Below, in pieces: positions 26,891 to 32,108 of a DNA stretch of 32,108 bases (within the stretch, counting starts at the first letter, position 1; every line of letters starts with the position of its first letter). Source of the stretch: Bdellovibrio sp. (GTDB lineage Bacteria; Bdellovibrionota; UBA1018). The notes under the pieces are model-generated. The model was not told where the DNA came from and made no database searches. It worked only from the letters and a program-made list of their open reading frames with translations. The stretch spans positions 1 through 32,108 of the forward strand of contig JACRAO010000075.1 of NCBI GenBank assembly GCA_016213345.1, given 5' to 3'. The translations under genes and the position numbers were made by a program.

Positions 26891-28150
26891 ATGGCAGATA
26901 TTTTTGCGAAGTGTCACAGTTATGAAGATGTCAAAAGGTTACAGTCTTTAGGCTTGTATCCTTTTTTTAGACCAATAGAGAAGACTAGTGGCTCTTGTGT
27001 TACGGCACACGGAAAGCTTTGCGTGATGATAGGCTCCAATAATTATTTAGGGCTCACACATCACCCAAGAGTAAAAGAAGCAGCTAAACGAGCCTTGGAT
27101 CATTTTGGTACTGGTTGTACAGGATCCAGATTTCTGAATGGAAATCTGGTATTACATGAGGAACTTGAGCATAATCTTGCCAGGTTTTTAAAGAAAGAAA
27201 GTTGCCTAGTGTTCAGCACGGGTTTCTTGGCAAACCAGGGTACACTATCCACTCTAGTGGGTAGAGCAGATGTACTTTATTGTGATCGCGAAAACCATGC
27301 TTCTATTATCGAAGGAACTCGCATTGCTTTAGGTGACACTATAAAATTTCGTCACAACGACATGAAGGATTTAGAAAGAGTACTTGAGCAAACAAGACAT
27401 AAATACGAAGGTGCTCTGATTGTAGCTGATGGTGTGTTTTCTATGTCTGGGGATATTTTAAATCTCCCCAAGGTGGTTGAATTAGCAAAAAAATATACCT
27501 GCCGTGTTTACGTTGATGATGCCCACTCTCTTGGTGTTCTAGGTCCAATGGGACAAGGAACTGAGGCTCATTTTAATCATATTAGCCAGGCTGATGTGGT
27601 TATGGGGACTTTTTCGAAATCTTTTGCTTCGATTGGTGGATTTGTAGCCGGACCTGCTCATGTGATTAATTATGTGAAACACAAATGCAGGCCTTTTATT
27701 TTTAGTGCGGCTATGCCACCGGCAGCAGCAGCAACTGTCTTAGAGTGTTTAAAAATTGTTCAAGAAGAACCAGAGCATTTACGAAATTTATGGACAAATG
27801 TCCGCAAAATGAGAAAAGAGTTAAATTTGATTGGCTATAATACTTTAAACAGCCGAACTCCTATTGTTCCACTTTTTATAGGTGATGATTTAACTGCGTT
27901 TTCGTTTACACAAAAGCTTTATGAACGGGGAGTATTTGCAACTCCCGTTGCAAAACCTGCTGTTCCCGAAGGATTTGCTCTTATACGCACTAGTTATATG
28001 GCAACACATACTCAAAGGGATCTTGACTATGTGCTCGAAGTTTTAGAAAGTTTAGGCAAACAGTATGGACTTTTAGGGCAAGTGGTGCACCCTAATTTTG
28101 AACCCGCCCATTTAAGGAAGGAATCTTATGTATCAGCTCAAGCGCGTTGA
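26891..28150 (+). CDS. PLP-dependent alpha-oxoamine synthase, serine palmitoyltransferase-like (BioF/KBL/SPT family)
   Basis: SNNYLGL, GSRFLNG, FSTGFLAN, DDAHSLG and the PLP-lysine motif GTFSKSFASIGGF. At 419 aa, its N-terminal LGLYPFFRPIE segment resembles bacterial SPTs. Substrate cannot be assigned by eye. Confidence 0.8.
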   Translation: MADIFAKCHSYEDVKRLQSLGLYPFFRPIEKTSGSCVTAHGKLCVMIGSNNYLGLTHHPRVKEAAKRALDHFGTGCTGSRFLNGNLVLHEELEHNLARFLKKESCLVFSTGFLANQGTLSTLVGRADVLYCDRENHASIIEGTRIALGDTIKFRHNDMKDLERVLEQTRHKYEGALIVADGVFSMSGDILNLPKVVELAKKYTCRVYVDDAHSLGVLGPMGQGTEAHFNHISQADVVMGTFSKSFASIGGFVAGPAHVINYVKHKCRPFIFSAAMPPAAAATVLECLKIVQEEPEHLRNLWTNVRKMRKELNLIGYNTLNSRTPIVPLFIGDDLTAFSFTQKLYERGVFATPVAKPAVPEGFALIRTSYMATHTQRDLDYVLEVLESLGKQYGLLGQVVHPNFEPAHLRKESYVSAQAR

Positions 28151-29276
28151 AACTCAAAAGGATTGGGAGGATTTTATAGATCTCCCATGGATGATTTATC
28201 TGGACTACCCACACTGGGTACCTCCTTTGAGGGTGGCAATCAAAGACATGTTGAATGTTAGAAAAAATCCGTTTTTTAAACATGCTGTGATGTTTCCGCT
28301 TTTGGCTTACAGGGGTGATGAATGTGTTGGTCGCATTATGGGTATTATTGATGATAACCACAATAATTTTCATAAAGAAAAAACAGCTTTTTTTGGATTT
28401 TTTGAATGTATTGATGATCAGGCATTGGCGAATTTGTTTTTAGATGAAATTGCAAAATGGGCTGCAACCAAAGGGATGAACTTGCTTCGTGGTCCTATGA
28501 ATTTGAGTACAAACCATGAATGTGGTCTATTAATTGAAGGATTTGAGGATTCTCCTACTGTCAATAATGTTTATAATCCTCCATATTATGCAAAATTAAT
28601 AGAACAGTGGGGATTTAAAAAAGCTAAAGATTTATACGCCTATATCATTGATGGCCGAAGCCCAAGTTTTTCGAATCTTCTTTTAGCGCAAGCAGAGAAA
28701 TTAAAAAAATCAAGCTCTGTGACTTTTCGTACAATAGATATGAAGAATTTTGACAAAGAAGTCGAAATGATCCATGAAATTTATAACCAAGCTTGGGAAG
28801 AAAATTGGGGTTTTGTACCGCTTTCAAAGGAAGAATTTAAACACATGGCTAAGGACATGAAGGCTATTATAGATCCGGAGCTATTATTGGTTGCCGAAGT
28901 AAAAGGAAACCCGGTTGGATTTACTTTAACAATCCCTGATGTGAACCAAATTTTAAAAAAAATAAAAAATGGAAAACTTTTTCCGCTTGGATTTTTTAAA
29001 CTTCTTTGGAATCTAAAGGGTCCTGGAAAAAGAAGTGCTATGAATCGTTGTAGAATTTTGACCTTAGGGATTAAAAAAGAATTTCGTCCGCTAGGGATTG
29101 GACCTCTGCTTTACGCAGAGCTTTTAAAGCGTGGGCCTGCATTGGGTTATCCTGTGGGAGAAGCTTCGTGGATTTTAGAGGATAATGAACCCATGAACCG
29201 TGCACTTGTGCATATGGGGGCGCAGAAAACAAAAGTTTATCGTTTGTATGATAAGGCGATAAATACCACTGTTTAA
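28128..29276 (+). CDS. GNAT-fold acyl-CoA N-acyltransferase of unknown substrate
   Basis: AAGGAAGG RBS and a 23-nt overlap with the upstream gene. The C-terminal half carries the GNAT motif A (ILTLGIKKEFRPLGIGPLLYAELL, i.e. R-x-x-G-x-G). Confidence 0.65.
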   Translation: MYQLKRVETQKDWEDFIDLPWMIYLDYPHWVPPLRVAIKDMLNVRKNPFFKHAVMFPLLAYRGDECVGRIMGIIDDNHNNFHKEKTAFFGFFECIDDQALANLFLDEIAKWAATKGMNLLRGPMNLSTNHECGLLIEGFEDSPTVNNVYNPPYYAKLIEQWGFKKAKDLYAYIIDGRSPSFSNLLLAQAEKLKKSSSVTFRTIDMKNFDKEVEMIHEIYNQAWEENWGFVPLSKEEFKHMAKDMKAIIDPELLLVAEVKGNPVGFTLTIPDVNQILKKIKNGKLFPLGFFKLLWNLKGPGKRSAMNRCRILTLGIKKEFRPLGIGPLLYAELLKRGPALGYPVGEASWILEDNEPMNRALVHMGAQKTKVYRLYDKAINTTV

Positions 29277-29326
29277 TAAAACATTTTGGTGCAAGACTGC
29301 AGGAGAGTAATGTAGAGCATTCAATA

Positions 29327-29355
29327 TTGACTCTCCTGATGAGTTAGATTATACT
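29327..29355 (+). promoter_or_regulatory. Near-consensus sigma70-type promoter for vapBC (TTGACT-17 nt-TATACT), overlapped by a 9-bp inverted repeat
   Basis: TTGACT at 29327-29332, a 17-nt spacer, and TATACT at 29350-29355. The vapB ATG at 29362 is 7 nt after the -10 and has no Shine-Dalgarno. The IR CAGGAGAGT (29300-29308) / ACTCTCCTG (29330-29338) covers the -35. Confidence 0.5.
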
Positions 29356-29361
29356 CATATC

Positions 29362-29610
29362 ATGAGTAAGAGACTGCAAATTCTCCTTCCTGAGGAGGAA
29401 TATAAGGAAATTCAAACAATAAGCCGGTTAGATAAAAAGACGATTGCTGAGTGGGTGCGTCAGAGTATTCGTAGTTCGATCAAGGAGCGTGTGCCAGAAG
29501 AATCGGAAAAAAAGATTGCCAGAATTCTTAGTTTTGCGAAGTACTCCGGCCCCACTGGAGATATCCAAAGCCTACTTAAGGAAATCGAGAAGGGTCGAGG
29601 AGAAGTATGA
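29362..29610 (+). CDS. vapB: Ribbon-helix-helix (CopG/VapB-like) antitoxin
   Basis: MSKRLQILLPEEEYKEIQTISRLDKKTIAEWVRQSI is a beta-strand plus two helices, the RHH pattern. Sits immediately upstream of a PIN toxin. Confidence 0.7.
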   Translation: MSKRLQILLPEEEYKEIQTISRLDKKTIAEWVRQSIRSSIKERVPEESEKKIARILSFAKYSGPTGDIQSLLKEIEKGRGEV

Positions 29611-29619
29611 AGGAGAAGT

Positions 29620-30015
29620 GTGATTTATATTGATTCGTGTATACCGATGTATCTTGTTGGAGCTCAACATCGTAACAAAAGTCGGGTTATTGAGATGATT
29701 TCATCTCTTTTATCTGCCCGTGAGACACTTGTTACAAGTGCAGAGGCTTTTCAGGAAATTTTGCATCGTTACAAAGCAATTCATAATCCCAAGCACATGA
29801 AGATCGCCTACGAAGCTCTTGATGAGCTGGCATTTTCAGTTGAGCCTATATGCAAAGAAGACACGGATCGTGCACTCACGCTGTGTTTTCAACTTCCTTC
29901 GCTTTCGTCTCGTGATTGTCTACATCTGGCAGTGATGAATCGCATTGGTTGCCGACGGATTTGGACTTACGACGCTAATTTTGATGGTATACCAAAAATC
30001 GACCGGGTGTATTGA
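29620..30015 (+). CDS. vapC: PIN-domain toxin (VapC family)
   Basis: GTG start 6 nt after AAGGAG. Acidic residues sit at PIN positions (IYIDS..., ...FQEILHRY..., ...SSRDCLHLAV..., ...TYDANFDGI). Confidence 0.75.
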   Translation: MIYIDSCIPMYLVGAQHRNKSRVIEMISSLLSARETLVTSAEAFQEILHRYKAIHNPKHMKIAYEALDELAFSVEPICKEDTDRALTLCFQLPSLSSRDCLHLAVMNRIGCRRIWTYDANFDGIPKIDRVY

Positions 30016-30031
30016 GTTAGAACTGGTGTGG

Positions 30032-30796
30032 TCATACTGTGCCCATAATGTGGGCGCCGCTATCGACATAAAAAATTGAGCCTGTGATGTGTTTAGAAGC
30101 GTCACTTAAAAGAAATGACCCCATTTCACCGACATCTTCGGCAGTGATATTTTCTTTGAGAGGAGTTTTTTCGGCAGCTAGACTTAAGAGACCTCTAAAA
30201 TTTTTAATTCCTGCAGCAGCTAGTGTTTTTACAGGGCCAGAGGATATTGCATTAATCCTGATTTTTTTTGCTCCTAAATCATAGGCCAAGTATCTTACTG
30301 ATGATTCGAGTGCTGCTTTTGCAACTCCCATAACATTGTAGCCTGGGATAACTTTTTCTCCCCCATAATAAGAGAGTGTTAAAACCGCTCCGCCATTTGG
30401 CATTAGTGGTTCGGCAAATTTTGAAAGTGCCACTAGCGAATACACGCTTATATCAAGCGCAGTTTTGAATCCTTCGCGTGAGGTTTGTATAAAACGGCTC
30501 TCTAAATCTTCTCTATTAGCATAGGCAACTGAGTGTACTAAAATATCTAGGTTTCCCCATATGGCTTTTATTTTGTCAAAGACAGTCTGGATTTGTGAGT
30601 CATCACAGACATTGCATGGTTCTATTATGGGTGATTTTACGCTTTCTGCCAAAGGACGCAAGCGGCGTTCAAGCGCTTCGCCCAGGTAAGTAAAAGCCAG
30701 CTCAACGCCAGCACGATGTAATTTTTGTGCAATTGCCCAAGCCAGACTTCTTTCGTTAGCTACGCCTACAATGAGTGCTTTTTTCTTATCTTCCAT
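30032..30796 (-). CDS. fabI: Enoyl-[acyl-carrier-protein] reductase (NADH), FabI
   Basis: ALIVGVANERSLAWAIAQ (FabI-type nucleotide-binding motif), the Y-x6-K catalytic region (SYYGGEKVIPGYNVMGVAKAALE) and INAISSGPVKTLAA. Confidence 0.92.
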   Translation of the reverse strand: MEDKKKALIVGVANERSLAWAIAQKLHRAGVELAFTYLGEALERRLRPLAESVKSPIIEPCNVCDDSQIQTVFDKIKAIWGNLDILVHSVAYANREDLESRFIQTSREGFKTALDISVYSLVALSKFAEPLMPNGGAVLTLSYYGGEKVIPGYNVMGVAKAALESSVRYLAYDLGAKKIRINAISSGPVKTLAAAGIKNFRGLLSLAAEKTPLKENITAEDVGEMGSFLLSDASKHITGSIFYVDSGAHIMGTV

Positions 30797-30850
30797 ATGC
30801 TTTTTTAATCGCTTAAAAATGAAGACAAAGCAACTGTAATTTCTTCGCTA

Positions 30851-31753
30851 TTAATAGTTTTGAGAAATGTTTTTTGGTTTTTCAGCCTTATGAAAATCAA
30901 AAGCAGTGTCAATGAGCCAACAGGTGGGGTTTCTTAGCATGTATCTGCGTTGATATAACCAATAAGGCTCTGATGTAGATATGGGTTGAGATATAAAGTT
31001 GTTTATCTTTTCAAAAAGTTTATTATATGCGGTATTTTTATTTTTTTGTGACTCTTTAAAAATATCAACTAAAAATTTTTTAACTTCTTTTGTGGATGCA
31101 GAGTGGTCTGGATTTTTGCCGTTTTTGTTGTCTAAGACAATAACTCCAATTGCTCCTAAAAATTTTCTTTGTAAATCAGAGTTATTTTGAAATGCTTCTA
31201 AGAAATAATTAAAACTCTCTTGATACATTTTATCTGATACATTTAATTCATTAATGACAACTAAAAAATCTACAATTTCATCATAGTCCATTTGTTTAAA
31301 TTCTTCTGGATCCAGCCAGTCTTTAATGATGGCTTTATAAGTTTCATTAACTATTTTAATGTAACTTTCATAAGTAAGATTGTTTCGCATAACATTAATA
31401 CAGTCGGTTGTAAATCTTCGGTTTTGGAGAGCTTGGTTTTGATTATTGTTTTGCAACTCTAGCAGAACTTCTGCGATAGTTTTTTTTGTGCTTTCTGATA
31501 AATCAGTGTGGTTTTGGCCCATATCAATGTTAAGCATATTTAAGAATTCATGTCTTTGCTTTGGGCTTTGTTTTATTATAATTTGGCTAAGAGTATTTTT
31601 AAAGTCTTCTTTAGTTTTTGAGTAACGAGATAGAACTTCTAAAGTAACAGCACCATACAGGGTAGTTTCAATAAGTGCGCTTTCGGTCCATTTGTGTAGT
31701 ATTTTTGGATTTTTTACAAATTCTTCTTTTAGTGAATCAAAACAGTTATGCAT
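30851..31753 (-). CDS. Hypothetical helical protein (probably the C-terminal 300 aa of a longer gene)
   Basis: Long ORF whose frame stays open and protein-like upstream of the ATG, to 31960. No recognised family. Confidence 0.6.
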   Translation of the reverse strand: MHNCFDSLKEEFVKNPKILHKWTESALIETTLYGAVTLEVLSRYSKTKEDFKNTLSQIIIKQSPKQRHEFLNMLNIDMGQNHTDLSESTKKTIAEVLLELQNNNQNQALQNRRFTTDCINVMRNNLTYESYIKIVNETYKAIIKDWLDPEEFKQMDYDEIVDFLVVINELNVSDKMYQESFNYFLEAFQNNSDLQRKFLGAIGVIVLDNKNGKNPDHSASTKEVKKFLVDIFKESQKNKNTAYNKLFEKINNFISQPISTSEPYWLYQRRYMLRNPTCWLIDTAFDFHKAEKPKNISQNY

Positions 31754-31788
31754 TAATCCTAAGGCATAGCCTTTTGGGTTTTCTTCTT

Positions 31789-32108
31789 TTAATATTTCAG
31801 GGGTGCTAGAGCTAAATATTTCATCAAGTGATCGAAAAAATAATTTATTGTCGTTAGTGATAGTGTTCTTTGTTCTTTCCCAAAAGCTAAGTAGAACTTT
31901 TTTATTTTCAGGTTCGCTTGCGTGGTTGAGTTTTGATTGATGTTGGTATCTGAAAAAGTATCAAATACGGTTTTAAGCCATTCTGATTGGGCTATTGGAT
32001 CATCAGATAGTAGTTCGGTGATTTTGATTAACAGATTCTGGATTTCTTTATCGCTTGTACGCTCTCCTTGTTTTAAGAGATTTAAGATTGATTGTATTTT
32101 GCCTTTTA
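31789..32108 (-). CDS. Partial hypothetical ORF running off the window edge (probably the N-terminal part of the 30851 gene)
   Basis: Frame open from 32108 to TAA at complement(31789-31791): ...KQGERTSDKEIQNLLIKITELLSDDPIAQSEWLKTVFDTFSDTNINQNSTTQANLKIKK.... It overlaps the open upstream extension of the 30851 ORF in another frame. Confidence 0.5.
   Translation of the reverse strand, partial: KGKIQSILNLLKQGERTSDKEIQNLLIKITELLSDDPIAQSEWLKTVFDTFSDTNINQNSTTQANLKIKKFYLAFGKEQRTLSLTTINYFFDHLMKYLALAPLKY

Noticed and set aside
1527-31190. Short antisense or overlapping ORFs in the track (e.g. 1527-1748, 3415-3651, 6272-6532, 6684-6914, 6880-7206, 7756-7950, 10969-11202, 12107-12409, 13169-13354, 14218-14430, 14590-14781, 15295-15477, 18246-18428, 20122-20343, 20783-21013, 22363-22596, 22644-22841, 25770-25994, 26007-26210, 26603-26806, 28092-28373, 28645-28827, 29920-30105, 30084-30284, 30999-31190)
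   Set aside because: Each lies entirely within or opposite a much longer ORF that has clear family motifs. They have biased, low-complexity composition typical of shadow frames in AT-rich DNA.
1-32108. tRNA, rRNA or riboswitch genes
   Set aside because: The intergenic regions are short except 4229-4616, 5249-6116 and 24601-24805. I saw no T-loop-like GGTTCGAATCC-type motif, cloverleaf or rRNA-like conserved stretch in them by eye. A cmscan would be needed to be definitive.

Overview
AT-rich chromosomal segment from a diderm, aerobic bacterium. The gene content loosely suggests Bdellovibrionota/Oligoflexia, but that is a guess I cannot test here. Left to right:
- **1-4228:** a MacA/MacB-type efflux module, then a CcdA/DsbD-family thiol transporter and a VKOR-DsbA fusion.
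- **4229-6116:** a small accessory patch holding a Phd/YefM-ParE toxin-antitoxin pair, the decayed C-terminus of an IS1595-family transposase and a 12-bp x4 tandem repeat.
- **6117-11236:** a tightly packed operon of seven exported, lipoprotein, beta-barrel and membrane proteins. I can place none of them in a known family. This is my best candidate for an undescribed system.
- **11356-15154:** TatD, a thiolase and an ArnT/GT39-like glycosyltransferase.
- **15175-18475:** a tolQ-tolR-tolA-tolB cluster in which tolB carries an in-frame TAA.
- **18483-26294:** a CPBP protease, then a complete aa3/caa3 oxidase locus. ctaA and ctaB/cyoE are divergent from sco-ctaC-ctaD-ctaE and a subunit IV-cytochrome c fusion. 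A striking 165-bp near-perfect inverted repeat with a GC-rich core lies between ctaD and ctaE.
- **26891-29276:** a serine-palmitoyltransferase-like alpha-oxoamine synthase translationally coupled to a GNAT-type acyltransferase.
- **29362-32108:** a VapBC pair that appears leaderless, fabI, and a large hypothetical gene running off the right edge.

Two apparent frameshifts both sit in T6 runs, which looks like homopolymer undercalling. I found no rRNA, tRNA or CRISPR array.
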